Assembly: GCF_006345805.1 (NCBI RefSeq)
Contig: NC_043005.1
Coordinates: 79,856,001 to 79,920,000 of the forward strand
Length of the DNA: 64,000 nucleotides
Direction of reading: 5' to 3'
Source: Octopus sinensis
Taxonomy: Eukaryota
Below are positions 1-14,347 of this stretch, one piece after another. Below the pieces are notes generated by a model. That model was given only the letters and a program-made list of their open reading frames with translations, had not been told where the DNA came from and did no database searches. Position numbers and translations under genes: made by a program. How positions within the stretch are numbered: the first letter of the stretch is position 1; each line of letters opens with the position of its first letter.

Positions 1-254
1 TTTATATATATATTTGTTTGTGTGTCTGTGTTTTTTGTCTCCACAACATCACTTGACAACAGATTCGGCAAAAGAGACCGATAGAATAAGTACTAGGTTT
101 ACAAAGAATTGGTCGTGGGGTCGATTTACTCGACTAGAGGTGGTGCTTTATTATGGCCGGTGTCAAATGACTGAAACAAATAAAAGAATGAAATGTACAT
201 GCATACATACATACATGCATACATACAAACATACATATATATCTATATATATAT

Positions 255-297
<43 letters not shown>

Positions 298-431
298 ACA
301 CTCTACAAAAAGTATTGAGATTCTTAAGTTTAATATTAAATTGCTTTTTTCATAACTCATGAAAACAAGTATTGTGTGTGTAAGTATTTGTGTGCGTGAG
401 TGTTGGTGTGTGTGTGTATGTGGGTGTGTGT

Positions 432-472
<41 letters not shown>

Positions 473-816
473 TGTGTGTGTGTCTGTGTCTGTGTGTGTG
501 TGTGATCCTTGACCCTTTAGAAGGCTTGCAATACCATGAACTACTATAAGTAATCTTACAAGTGGATTGATGTAACGAGAGCCAACCCTAATTCTGTGAA
601 GATCATCGTTGATATATGCTAAAGAAGGCCCCAGAGGGACTGACTGAAGCCTCACATTATCGTATCTGCACTTAGAATGTACAGGCAATTCACTAATAGG
701 AGAAGCCCAACTCATCCAATTGAGACGGTACAGCATCAACGTTCCTGATGTGACAGAGACGCATTGAACGGGAGCTAGTCACTTCAGTATCGAAGAGAGC
801 GTACTAGCTGTCTGGT

Positions 817-975
817 ACTCCACTGGTTATGACGATGAGGGTTTTATTGATCAGATCAAAGGAACAGCCGGCTCGTATAATTAACATGCAAGTGGCTGTC
901 TACTCCAGAAACATGCGTACCCATAACGGAGTTCTTAGGGAGATCCAGCGTGGCACAAAATGTGACAAGGCTGGT
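817..975 (-). mobile_element. SINE family C 3' fragment inside the RTE-like LINE
   Basis: Diverged match to the family C tail (GACGATGAGGG..GGAACAGCC..AAGTGGCTG). Confidence 0.7.
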
Positions 976-1028
976 ACGACTCTTTTTGTCAGCTATGTTG
1001 ACTATAGCAACGAGAAATAAAGAGTTTT

Positions 1029-1458
1029 AAGGCGGCGAGCTGGCAGAAACTTTAGCACGCCGGGCGAAATGCTTAGCGGTATTTAGTATGCCGCTACCTT
1101 TCTGAGTTCAAATTCCGTCGAGGTCGACTTTGCCTTTCATCCTTTCAGGGTCGATTAAATAAGTACCAGTTACGCACTGGGGTCGATATAATAGACTTAA
1201 TCCGTTTGTTTATCCTTGTTTGACCTCTCTGTGTTTAGCCCCTTGTGGGTAGTAAAGAAATAGGTATTTCATTTGCAGTTACGTTCTGAGTTCAAATTCC
1301 GCTGAGGTCGACTTGCCTTTTATCCTTTCGGGGTCGATATATTAAGTACCAGTTACGCACTGTTGGCGATGTAATCAACTTAATCCCTTTGTCTGTTCTT
1401 GTTTGTCCCTTGTGGGACAATATAGTCCCTTGTGGGCAATAAAGAAATGAGAAATAAA
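1029..1458 (+). mobile_element. SINE family A, head + 2 tandem bodies
   Basis: A box GGCGAGCTGGCAGAA, B box GAGTTCAAATTCC, body CTTTCATCCTTTC.GGGTCGAT..AAGTACCAGT; junction AAAGAAATAGGTATTTC. Confidence 0.85.
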
Positions 1459-2396
1459 GAATTTTGCCCAAGGACATAATGCACCACCCAGTATCGAACT
1501 GACGATCTTACGATCGTCGGCTGACTACCCTAATCAATAAGTCAAGTTGTCTAATCTTGAAGGAACAAGAGAGCCGGCGTGGGAGCAATCATCACTAGGA
1601 ATGCCTCAAAAATCTTGTACTTCTATACGGCATCTAGGAACTATATGCGTTTGGGAGTCTCGCCTTTAAATCGTTCTTTGATCCATGTCTCAACGCCTAC
1701 GACAGACTTAAGCGAGAAAGGAACAATTATTTTCGATTGCATTTTTCATGTCGCTCACAAAGGTTACGTAAGACAGGACATTACATTGGTTTCTAGATAA
1801 TTTCAACCCTTGCTTTAAGAGAATTCCTTAATGTCTGCAGGCATTACTGTCCGATAACTCGGAACAACGCCGCAGAACGATTTCTCGACTTCAGTCGCAA
1901 CAACGAATTCTACGTCACAAAACTATGTTTCAATAATTAAAGCTGAGTCGGTAAAATTGTCTTTCTCCTGGTGAGTGGTATACAAATCAGAATAAATACG
2001 ATTTTATAAGGAGTTGCTGGTTGAAACGTGTCAGAAACTCAAAGCCATATTCCGGACTTAACTGCGGCTGAAACTACAATAGAATGGCAGCCAAAATCTT
2101 TACCTTCCCAGAGCTCAGGGAGGTTGAGCCTTGATCCAGCTTGAACTTACGTACAAAAACAACAGAAACGGACTGTCCAAATACCTTGAAACTACCAAAG
2201 ATTCGATGCTAAAAAGACCGAAAAAACTTCACTCTATTCTGAAATAGAGCAAAACATTCGCTACTGATCTCTTAGGTACCGACCAGCTTGATCAGGTTGA
2301 AGGAAATGTGCCAACTGCTGCTGCAAAGAATATAAAATTAATTGCAAAGATTATATATATACACACACACACTCTCGCACACACACACTCACACAC

Positions 2397-2438
<42 letters not shown>

Positions 2439-2504
2439 ACACACCAACACACACACCATATATATATATACTATATATAGTATATATATATATTATATAT
2501 ATAT

Positions 2505-2551
<47 letters not shown>

Positions 2552-2772
2552 TAATCCATCGCCATATCGCAGATCACCTATTGCAGTTATTACTATGCCT
2601 ACGTCGATTCCTCCGTGGTGTTGCTTTGCATTTATAAAAAATGAATATATAAAAATTATAAAAACAATAATGGAAAATATACAGTGTACTACTGTTTCTA
2701 CTTCGCGGATTTTCACCTATCGCGAGGGATTTTGTAACGCAAGACCCGCGATAGTCGAGGCATTAATGTGTG

Positions 2773-2884
<112 letters not shown>

Positions 2885-3443
2885 TGTACATGCATATATA
2901 CGTACATACATGCAAATACATACATGCATACATACATACATACATACATACTTACAAACATACATACGTGTGTTCACACAAGCACACACATAAGCACGAG
3001 CATAGACACAATTTTAATGAAAGATACTCGTGCTGAAAGGGAGAAAGAAGCATTCAAATAAATAAAGAACGAAACAAACAAACAGCTAAACTAACAAAGA
3101 GAAAAGGAAAGAAGGAAAGAAAAAAATAAAACGAATTCGAGTACATCGAAGTATAGCGAACGGTCTTTGAAAGTATAAGACGATAACGGCCATAGAGTCG
3201 TTGTGAATATGAAATTTTCAAGTCAGAGCTGTAGAAGACAGAAGTGACATAACGATTTTAAAATGTGTTGTTTTTTGCTTTTACATAATTATTTTTATTT
3301 ATCGCCTACATTTTTTTAATTTTTAGTTATTATTATGAAATTTTAGAATTGTTGCCGTTGTTGTTGTTGTTGTAGTGATTTCAAGATGGTTTTCGTTTTT
3401 ATTGAGTATTCTCTAATATTTTTAATTTTCCTTTTTTTTTCAG

Positions 3444-3578
3444 ATGTTTAATGAGCAAATGTATTGCGCTTTAACACCAAGAGAATCATTATTCGCAAAT
3501 ACTAAAAATTTAATAGAGGTGTATGTATTAAGTGGCAAAAACATTGATGATAGCAAAAAGTATCATGTATGCAGAAAC
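3444..3578 (+). CDS. Candidate internal coding exon of an unidentified gene
   Basis: Long T/C tract + CAG acceptor (3441-43), 135-nt open frame MFNEQMYCALTPRESLFANTKNLIEVYVLSGKNIDDSKKYHVCRN, donor GTATGT at 3579. No recognised homology. Confidence 0.3.
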
Positions 3579-3586
3579 GTATGTAG

Positions 3587-3640
<54 letters not shown>

Positions 3641-4360
3641 ATATATATATATCAATACGTCGTATATGTATATGTATTATGCGTGTGTCTGTGGTGTATA
3701 AGCATAAACATGCAAAACGTATACATAAGTAGGTTATGTGTTCATGTACACGCACACAAACATATATAAAAGTGTGAGCGTGTATATATATATATGTGTA
3801 TGTGTGTGTGTGTGTATGTCTGTGTGTATGTGTGTGTGTGGGTGTGTGTGTGTAGCTATATATAAACATATAAACATATGTGTATATACAAGCACGCATA
3901 TATATGTGCGTGTGTAAGTATATATGCATATACACTCCCGCTCCTTCTCGCAAGCGTACACACACACAGACATATATATGTATATAGACATAAGAAGATA
4001 GATAGATAGAGAGAGAGAGAGAGGGAGAGAGAGAGAGAGAGAGGGAGAGAGAGAGAGAGAGGTGCGATGGGATATGGATATGTATATATAAGAAAAATAT
4101 GTGTGTGCACAGGTGCATGAGCGAACATATGCGTATATACATGTTATACATATATGAAAGTATAATTATGTATACAAATATATATACACACACACACAAA
4201 CACACACATGTATGTAGAAATACACATATATGAGAACTTGTGTATATACTTAAAAGACCATATGAAGGTGTGTACACTCATGCGCCTTTGTATGCCTTAC
4301 ACATTTATATCTGACTGCCTAACTGTCTACCTATCTATCAATCCATTTATCTATCTATCA

Positions 4361-4421
<61 letters not shown>

Positions 4422-4701
4422 ATATCTATATTATATATATATATATTATATAATATACAAACATATACTTATTACAATGCATATGCATGATATATATATA
4501 TATATATATATATGAATGTGTGTATATACACATACATGCATAGATATATACATGTATGTATATGCATGTATATATACATATATATATATGTATATATATT
4601 TATACATATATATACATGTATATAAGAATATATATATATACATATACATACGTATATATATAAATTTATAAATTTACATATACATACACACGCACGCTCA
4701 T

Positions 4702-4744
<43 letters not shown>

Positions 4745-5361
4745 CACTTAGAGAAATTTAATGAATGTGTATATGCAATTGCTTCAATGTCGGTGAGTGT
4801 CTGGTTAAAGAGGGTGTAGATATTTTAAGCTGAAGTGGAGAAGCAATGATTGTGAATATTGTTGGAAAAAGAGAGACAGAGATAGATAGAGGCAGGGTGA
4901 GGAACAAACAACTGTTGTGAAGTAGAAGTAGAGTGAGGCGAATGAGGGGTGAGGGAGAAGAGGAAATATACAAGAAAAACTGTTGTACAAGGGAAAAGAA
5001 GAATCTCAGGAAATAATAATCTCAATAATACAGAAATTCTTCATTTGACGAGAAAAATGTAAGAATGGAAGACAGAAAGAAAGAAAGAGAAGAATGAAAG
5101 AAAAGAAGGTGGAAGAAAGATTGTTCATATAATATTCTGTAAATTGTTAAGAATAGAAGATATGTGGAGAGAAGTTTAATGGCGGTGGGTAGGCAATGAC
5201 ACGATGTCACATACTAACGACTGCTCTTTCGCACATAAGCACACATACATAAGTGCGTACACATATTAACACGCCCAGAAACTCGAAAGTTTGCTGCCGC
5301 CTAACAAGCTGTTTGAAAGCTATTAAATTCAGTATTAAAGAAACGCTATCATACACCTATT

Positions 5362-5409
<48 letters not shown>

Positions 5410-5658
5410 CACACGCACACACACACAATACATACATGCAAATATACAACAAAGTCATATATTTCTCTATACATATATAAATATGCATGTGTATATACAT
5501 ACAAATATACATATATGGATAGGTAGATTGATAGATAGATATATACATATATATATGCATACATGAATATAAACATATATACACACACTTACATACACAC
5601 AAAGACACAGAGAGTGAAAGATGTACATACTTACATATATATACTCATGTATGCACAG

Positions 5659-5691
<33 letters not shown>

Positions 5692-5909
5692 GTACATACA
5701 AACATACAGATATAATGCACACACATATATATGTAAAGATATATATATATATATATATGTATATATTGTATATATGTTTGTATGTATGTATAATTGCCTA
5801 TAGTGTATAAATGTATACATGTATATAAATATATACACACATACAGATATACATACGTACATACATACACACACATACATACATACATATATATATAGAT
5901 ATATATATA

Positions 5910-5958
<49 letters not shown>

Positions 5959-6848
5959 CTAGCTGACGTACCCTGTAATTCTTGGGAAAAGCAGGGCTTT
6001 TCCCTTGGTTCCGGTCTCATAATTGTTTCCCTAATCCAATAACAACAATATAAAGTATGTAACCCTTAAAACGGTTTTTGTTCGTTTACCGAGAATATCG
6101 AACAGTCTTACATAGAATCTTTTTTTTAGGAATTCCCAATAAGTGATGCCAGATATGTAATAACATGAAATTAGTTACTCGATATTAAGAATTCAAATAA
6201 AGAATCCACGAAAAAGGGCTTTAATGCGTTCGCAGAGTTTATAGAACATAGAAGGAAATACTAATAAGTTATATATATAAAAATCGTGAAGCGTGTGACG
6301 TGATAACAGGCCAATCAGATATGCGATAATAGCAATTCAAAGTAAATAATTCTGAAAAGGGGATTTGTGCGTTCCCAGAAAATATTACCCCCAGCGGCGC
6401 TAGTGTATATATATTCGTGAATAAGTCACTAACCAAAATAAGTAGATCTATTGTTTAGAAAAATACTATTTATTTGTTTAAGGGTTGTAAGGGATAAATT
6501 GCGATAATAACTCTAACAGTTCAAATACTAAGAATTAAGTATACACAATTTCATTGATAACAAATGATTTAGGAAAATGAATGCGATATTTCCCCTGGCT
6601 ATTAAAATCTGGCAGAATGGGTTATTTCACTTGGATGTTAAAATGAAATATATTAGATGTATTTAAGGATCCCTTCCAGGGGACCTATTATCTATTTGTT
6701 TCAACAATCTGAATATGCCATGAGGTTTCCAGAAATCAGTCTCTACTCACGTGTCAAGCTTCATCAAAATCGATAAAACGATGTAGGAGGAGTTAGCTAA
6801 CAATTCCACAAAGACACCCACAGAGAATTTCCCATATATGTAGTATAT
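5959..6848 (-). mobile_element. Non-autonomous Helitron-like element (related to 13985-14347)
   Basis: Minus strand starts in a TA-rich 5' end, has ATCGATTTTGATGAAGCTTGACAC, and ends CCC..CAGGGTACGTCAG-CTAG. Confidence 0.55.
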
Positions 6849-6923
6849 ATTATATATATATATTTACATATAATATGTGTGTGTATATTATATATATATA
6901 AATGTATATATATATATTATATA

Positions 6924-6973
<50 letters not shown>

Positions 6974-7172
6974 GTCGCCATGATTGATCGTTAGCCACTA
7001 CACGCATTTTTTCTCTCCTTGTTTTCTTGTTTTTTCACTGTGTCCCTTTCTGTAGAAGCGATCTTCTATTCCTGAGCGTTAAAAGAACCTTTCTATTCCT
7101 GAGCGTTATACTATTACATCTGTTGTTTTGTACACCACCTGTCTTTGTTTTTTTTTTTCGTAAACTCTGCCT
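6974..7172 (+). mobile_element. Rearranged copy of the 46228-46425 element family
   Basis: Shares GTCGCC.TGAT.GATCG.TAGCCACTACAC..TTTTTCTCTCCTTG and TACACCACCTGTCTTTG blocks. Ribozyme region reduced to CCTTT-CTGTAGAAG plus an internal duplication. In (TA)n. Confidence 0.65.
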
Positions 7173-7352
7173 ATTATGTATATAGTATATATATATATAT
7201 ATATAATATATATATAGTAATCAGCCGAAATTGCGAGGATGATCCGGCTCTTTATGAAGATTAGAGGCTCTTCGAATGACCCGTCCGTTTTTTGTGTCGT
7301 CTATTTGAATGTTTTGCGTTCTTGTCCCATTTTGTATTTATATATACGCACA

Positions 7353-7440
<88 letters not shown>

Positions 7441-7442
<2 letters not shown>

Positions 7443-7793
7443 AACTTAGATAAAACTTAGATATGTTTCGACCAAAGATTGGTCCAGGCCACGTCTAACT
7501 TAATAGCACCACCTGATAGGACTATCTAAATCCTGTTTAAGTCAAGTTTTGTTTGTGGTCCATTCAAGTAGTGAGTTTTTGTTGGATGAGTTGTATCCAA
7601 TTATGGGTATCTGGTATTCCTTGAAGGAATGTATCCAGATTTAAAGTTGATGGGATCCTTTTCCTCTTTGATCTCTTTCGGGACAATGTTAAATAGGGCA
7701 GGTCCTGTTGAGGAAAAGAAATTATGTTGCAGTGTACATATATGATGTGATCCTGAATTGGGCAGAGGACGTATGGCCCGTGGTCCAGTCTTA
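7441..7793 (-). mobile_element. CR1-like LINE 3' end
   Basis: HNFFSSTGPALFNIVPKEIK..FKS.LDTFLQGIPDTP..GYNSSNKNSLLEW*, then 3' UTR stem-loop GACCAA/TTGGTC and short repeated tail (ATCTAAGTTT)x2. Confidence 0.7.
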
Positions 7794-7995
7794 TATATTA
7801 TATATATATGTATATACGTACATGCATATACGTAACTCGGTCATATAGTTTTCTGCAAGCAGTCACTTGACAAGCCAGAAACGGCAACCAAATTATTATT
7901 CCTTATTATTCCTTTCCAAACGGTAAACGTTGTCTGTAATGCTTTCGATGGACTGACAGGTCTAGAGTTAAACCAAACCAGCAGCAACATGTATG

Positions 7996-8026
<31 letters not shown>

Positions 8027-8190
8027 GTATGTTCGTATGTATGTATGTATGTGTATATATATATATATGCGTATATACATACATATATGCACGTATTTAC
8101 TATATATATATATACATATATGTATGTATATATATACTATATATATATATATATATATTATGTATAATATTTATGTATATATATATTATG

Positions 8191-8228
<38 letters not shown>

Positions 8229-8954
8229 TATATTATAATATATAATATATAACATATACTGTTGTGCCTGGAGTGAGTCATTCTTCCTTTTTGTGCCTTA
8301 TGATGTAACACACTCACCGGTCAAATTTCCCCTTATTTACTATTTTTATTTTCATGAATATGCAGGATATATATATATTTACATATATATTTCTTAGCAG
8401 AATTGCTCTTCAGAGGATGCCTCTTGTAACTTTCAGAAGCAGAGTGTATTCTGGTAAGTTCGGAGTTCTAGCCTTCTGCGTGCTATTCTCTGAATAGCTG
8501 AACATCTATACTTTACCACATGTTATTGAGTACTATACAATAATTTATATTTCTCCCGGTTTTATTTCTAAAACATAACTTGACTGTCTATCTATATATC
8601 TCTTTATGTAGCTCATTTTGTCCTTCTTACTGTCTTTATATATGACAATAATATATGTATCTGAGTGTGTGTGTGTGTGTGTGTGTGTTGTGTGTGAGTG
8701 TGTGTGAGTGTGTGTGTGTGTGTTGTGTGTGTGTGTGCGTGCCTGTGAATGTGAGAATGTGGAGTTTACAGTCTATACGTCCTTTCATGCGTGATTTTGA
8801 AAAATAATGAGAGAAGATGATGTTGCATAAAAAACATTTTGAAATATAGCTTTAGAAAATCCTGAATGCTCACAAGCAAAGGCAGTATGTGTGTGCGTAT
8901 ACACACCTACATATGTACTCTCATATATACGCACACACACATATATATACGCAT

Positions 8955-9002
<48 letters not shown>

Positions 9003-9040
9003 AAGTTATATGTATATAAGTGTATGCTTATATATCTATC

Positions 9041-9109
<69 letters not shown>

Positions 9110-9774
9110 CACACACACAGAGACAGAAAGATATATATATATATGTATATATATCCATGTATAGATACGTATGTATATATATATATGCGTATATATATAT
9201 ATATATACACTATTTATATATATATATATATATACTATACCTTAGATATATATTTATATATATAATATATTATAATATATGTATATTTATATACATCATA
9301 TGTATATATGTATATACGTATATATATATATGTACATATATATACATACATATTTACGTGCATACATACATACTGACGTAAACGGACATGTACATTTTTT
9401 TATATTTCATATTTTTAAAGAAAATAAATTTTTACATAACGTCACACATCTCATTTTAGATCCAAGTTCAGAAATCTACTGAGTTTACAATTACAGCTTA
9501 GAAATGTTCTTCATTTTTCATTTTCCTTTTTCTTCTCTCATTTTCCTTATCTATTCTTTTGCTTTTGCTTCTTTTTCTCTTTTATTTTTCATATCCTCCC
9601 CACCCCACCCCACCCCATCCATCTCCCAGAATAATACTCTCCTTTCCTAACTGGAATGTCTGTGATTGTAACGCTTCCCACAGAACTTAAATATAATTTT
9701 ATGATATATTTCGTCGGGCATCTTTTTTTCTATTGCTTTTTACTCTCCTTAGACGCAGTATGACAATTGGATTA

Positions 9775-10015
9775 TTATTTCTATAATTATTATTATATTA
9801 TCATTATTATTATTATTATTATTATTATATTATTATTATTCTTATATTATTATTATATTATATTATTATTATTATTATCATTATCACTATTATTATTATT
9901 ATTATTAATTTATTATTATTACTAAAAAATCATCATCATCATCATCATCATTATATTATTATTATATATTATTATATTATTGTTATTATTATCATTATTA
10001 TTATTATAATTTTTT

Positions 10016-10057
<42 letters not shown>

Positions 10058-10182
10058 TTATATTATTATCATTATTATAATTTTTTATTATCATTATCAT
10101 TATTATTATTATTATTGTTATTATTACTATTATCATTATTATATTATTATTATTATTATTATTATTAATATCATTATTATTG

Positions 10183-10230
<48 letters not shown>

Positions 10231-11008
10231 TATTATTATTATTGCTATTATTATTATTATTATTATTATTATTGTTTTTTGTTGTTGTTATTTTTTTCGT
10301 CATTGCTATTAATGCTCACGTCTTTTAGAATTTTTTTCTCTATTTTTATTTTTACAAAATTTTAACAACAATAACAACAAAAGCAATAATTGTTGCAAGA
10401 AAATATGAAAATAGAAGAATAATGATTTAACAATCACTGGATTATTACTACTATCATCATCATCATCGTCATCGTTATCACCATCATCATCATCATCATC
10501 ATCACATCATCATCATCATCATCACCATCACCATCATTACTATTATTCTATTTTCTTCTTCTTCTTCTTATTATTATTATTATTGCAGCTGTTGATGTGG
10601 TTATTACTATCATTATTAATAATCCCTTCTGCTTTAGGCACAGGGCCTGAAACTCTGGTGGAGGTTGGGGCGGGGTTAGCTAGTGGATTACATCGACTCC
10701 GGTGCTTGACTTGTTTCATCGATCTCTGAAAGGACGAAAAGTAAAGTCAGGATTTGAACTCAAAGTGTGTAGCAGGAGAGTAAAGCCGCTAAGCAGTTTG
10801 CTCGGCTTGCTAACGATTCTACCGGTTTAACGACGCCTTATTACCATTATTAATAATGATGGCAGCAGCACAAACAGCAGCAGCAGCAGTAGGGCCAGGA
10901 AGAAGAAGAAGAAGAAGAAGAAGAAGAAGAAGAAGAAGAAGAAGAAGAAGAAGAAGAAAACAAGAAGAAGAAGAAAAGAAGAATATCATCAACAACAACA
11001 ATAGCAGA

Positions 11009-11066
<58 letters not shown>

Positions 11067-11461
11067 TAAAATAATAATAATGATAACAATAATAACTTTA
11101 ATATTGATAGGAATGACAAGACGAAGGAGGAGGAGGAGGAGAAGAAGAAGAAGAAGAAGAAGAAGAAGAAGAAGAAGAAGAAGAAGAAGAAAAAGAAGAA
11201 GAAGAAAAAGAAGAAGAAGAAGAAGAAGAAGGAGGAGGTGGAGGAAGAGAAGAAGGAGGATAAGAAGAAGAAGAAAAGAAGAAGCATATCAACAACAACA
11301 ACAATAGCAGAAATAATAATAATAATGCCAACAATTATAACATTAATAAAAATAGTAACGACATGAAGAGCAGCAAGAACAACAATAATAATATTAAAGT
11401 TAATGATAACAATAGTAACATTAATAATGACAAGAAGAACATCAACAACAACAACAATAAC

Positions 11462-11492
<31 letters not shown>

Positions 11493-11710
11493 TAATATAA
11501 TAATAATAATGATGATAATAATAATAATAACTTTAATATTGATAGGAATGACAAGACGAAGATGAAGGAGGATGGGGAGGGGGAGGAGGAGAAGAAGAAG
11601 AAGAAGAAGAAGAAGAAGAAGAAGAAGAAGAAGAAGAAGAAGAAGAAGAAGAAGAAGAAGAAGAATGATAATAATGATAATAATAACGGTGATGACGATG
11701 ATTTCATGAT
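9775..11710. repeat. Compound trinucleotide microsatellite field (ATT, CAT, GAA, AAC, AAT) with higher-order duplication
   Basis: Direct reading; unique linker CTTTAATATTGATAGGAATGACAAGACGAAG occurs at about 11097 and 11531. Confidence 0.95.
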
Positions 11711-12212
11711 TTTCTTTTATGAGCAACAATGAATAACCAACAAAATAAATATTCACATTGATAGGTAGAAATAACGAATGGATAACGGGATTTTAAGAGA
11801 GTATTAAAGCGTTGGTTGGACAACTTAGGATAGAGCTCAAGTGTTCTAAATTACTTCTCATTAACAGCACGGATGACAAATATAGAAAAATACAGCGCAA
11901 TTTTGCGTTTTTCTCTTCCCCAATCATACTTTAAGACATTCCAATTGCTGCTTCTTTTAAATGAGGATCTATTGAAATAACAAGAATTCTGTTTTATTTT
12001 TCTGGTTTCTTTTATATTTGAAAATTCGTTTCAGAAGAATAAGAAGAAGAATATGCTTTCAGTCTATGATTTTCATTTTGTCTTTTGCATTTTCTTTTCT
12101 GTTTTTTTTTTTTTTCTTTTTCTTTTGCAAATCTTCGTCGTGGCATGATTGCTTGAAAAATAATATATTAACATGCAACAAGATGGCTGTGTATGAATTT
12201 GACGTCGTGGAT

Positions 12213-12790
12213 GCAGGTGTGGCTGTATGCTAAGACGTTTGGTTCTCAACCACATAGTCCCGGGTTCAATACCACGGCGTGCCACCTTAGGCAAGTGTTT
12301 TTTTCTATAGCGTCAGGCCCACCAAAGCCTTATGAGCGGATTCGGTTGACGGGAACTGAAAAGAGCCCGTCGTATATATATGAATGTATATATATATATA
12401 TCTATGTGTGTATGGTAAGACGTTTGGTTCTCAACGACATAGTTCCGGGTTCAATACCACGGCGTGGCACCTTAGGTAAGTGTTTTCTTCTATAGCGTCA
12501 GGCCTACCAAAGCCTTGTGAGCGTATTCGGTTGACGGGAACTGAAAGAAGCCCGTCGTATATATGAATGTATATATCCATGTGTGCATTTTTGTATCTGT
12601 TTTTTTCTCCTATAACCGCTTGACAACGGTATTGGTTTGATGACAATTCCGTACTTAGCAGTACACGAAAACAGACCTGTAGAATAAGTACTAAGCTTCA
12701 AAAACATTAAGTTCTGGACTTGATTTGTTCATCTGAAATTCTTCACGGTGCTGTACTAACGTGGCCGCAGTCTAATGACTGAAACAAGTT
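12213..12790 (+). mobile_element. SINE family B (tRNA head + CORE-like block), 5' half tandemly duplicated
   Basis: GTGGCTGT..GGTAAGA head, GGCACCTT(A/G)GGCAAGTG core; two 5' halves share local variants; 3' tail ends GACTGAAACAAG. Confidence 0.8.
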
Positions 12791-12825
12791 ATATACAAAC
12801 ATCAATGCATGCAACTGTGGATACG

Positions 12826-12960
12826 CGTGGCTTAGTGGTTAGTGTGTTGGACTTTGATCGTAAGATTGTGGTTTCGATTCCAAGGCCGAGCTACGCGTTG
12901 TTTTTTTGAGCAAGACACTTCATTTCACGTTGCTCCAGTCCATTCAGGTGGGATCTATAA
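12826..12960 (+). mobile_element. SINE family D (tRNA head + TTGAGCAAGACACTT block); related copies about 1465-1535(-), 17930-18035(+), 23925-24075(-)
   Basis: CGTGGCTTAGTGGTTAG head, GGTTTCGATTCC, GAGCAAGACACTTCATTTCACGTTGCTCCAGTCCA. Confidence 0.7.
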
Positions 12961-13121
12961 ACGCTAAGTAACCGAGAAACCGGCCTCTATGCATCTGTGT
13001 GACCCAAGAATGTTACTATGCGTGCAATACTAAACTGACTCACTCTGTCTCTTTCTCTCTCTCTCTCTCATTCTGTCTCTTTCTCACTCTTTCTCTGTCT
13101 CTCTCTCTCTTTCTCTCTTAG

Positions 13122-13182
<61 letters not shown>

Positions 13183-13506
13183 AATGTTTATAAATTCGCT
13201 TCACAAACACGACGTTTCGGAGGTTTCAGCCCTGCTGCGCGGCATTTTATGCTCTTCTAATAAAGTCCAAGTATGACCAATACGTTGAGTGAAATTCAAA
13301 GACGAAAAGAATAAGAGAATGGAGTAACAGAGTGGAGAGGACCGAAAATTGCCACTCTGCTACATGACTGTTACTTGCCTGTCAGAAAGCGAGAAGCAAA
13401 CACTTTTTTTGGTCTTAGTGTATTCCATAATGAACGCAGTCAATGACCATCGCCTTGTGCCACTTGCGGGGAGATACACTTAGACACGCATATATGCATT
13501 TATATA

Positions 13507-13567
<61 letters not shown>

Positions 13568-13575
13568 TATATACG

Positions 13576-13916
13576 TGGAACACCGTCGGTTACGACGACG
13601 AGGGTTCCAGTTGATCCGATCAACGGAACAGCCAGCTCATGAAGTCAACGTGCAACTGGCTGAGCACTCCACAGACACGGGTCCCATTAACGTATTTATT
13701 GGGAAGATTCAGAGTGGCACAAGGTAGGTACAACAGAAACAGAAAGAAAGTGTGAGAAAGTTGTAGTGGAAGAGTACAGCAGGGTTCGCTACCATTCCGT
13801 GCGGAGCCTCGTGCAGCTTTAGGTGTTTTCGCTCAATAAACACTCACAACGCCCGGTCTAGGAATCGAAACCGCGATTCTACGACCACGAATCCACTGCC
13901 CTAGTCACTGGGCTAT
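13576..13916 (-). mobile_element. SINE family C, near full length
   Basis: tRNA-like head (GGTTTCGATTCC B box) at 13860-13916 and tail ACGACGAGGGTTCCAGTTGATCCGATCAACGG. Confidence 0.85.
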
Positions 13917-13984
13917 ATATTGTGGTGTGTGCGTGCTATATAATTCATAGATTAATACGCAACATTTTTTTGTACAATATGATA

Positions 13985-14347
13985 TCTCTCTATATATAAA
14001 CGGCAGTTTGTCTGTGTGTGTTTCTGTGTGTCTGTTTGGTTGTACCCTCACCCTGACCACTGCTTTCAACCGATTCTGATGAAACTTGACACACTCATAG
14101 CCCAATATCATAATTCAAAACTAACGCAGCGAAAATTTTGAAAAGTTTCCCCAGTTCTGAAAAAAATTGATAAATTCGACATGGGGTCGGGAATCAGAAA
14201 CACAAACCACAGACTGTCTAGGGGACGCAACTCGACCTTTTTTAACTCTCAAAAGAAATTTACCATAATTTTTTTGCTATAACTCTCTAAAAATGCTTTA
14301 TAGTTATTTCCCTTACAAACCTGAGCAACGCCGGGCGATACTGCTAG
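13985..14347 (+). mobile_element. Non-autonomous Helitron-like element
   Basis: A|TCTCTCTATATATAAA 5' end, internal AACCGATTCTGATGAAACTTG block, subterminal degenerate hairpin CCTGAGCAACGCCGGG, and CTAG|T 3' end. Confidence 0.7.

Larger units (their letters stand above)
655..2110 (+). mobile_element. Degraded APE endonuclease of an RTE-like LINE, interrupted by SINE insertions (817-1535)
   Basis: Pieces translate as RICT*NV, LRRYSINVPDVTETH*TG.SHF (655-815), then GVGAII, DFNP-like motif, RNNAAERFLDF..NEFYVT, SPG, VRNSKPYSGLNCG (1560-2090). Confidence 0.65.

Noticed and set aside
1966-2040. TTTCT-C-CTGGTGA ... GAAACGTGTC-AGAAA hammerhead-like order
   Set aside because: No stem II, altered core, and it lies within LINE endonuclease coding sequence.
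8400-8430. Minus-strand CTGAAGA followed by a small hairpin
   Set aside because: No correctly placed GAAA, stem III or stem I partner.
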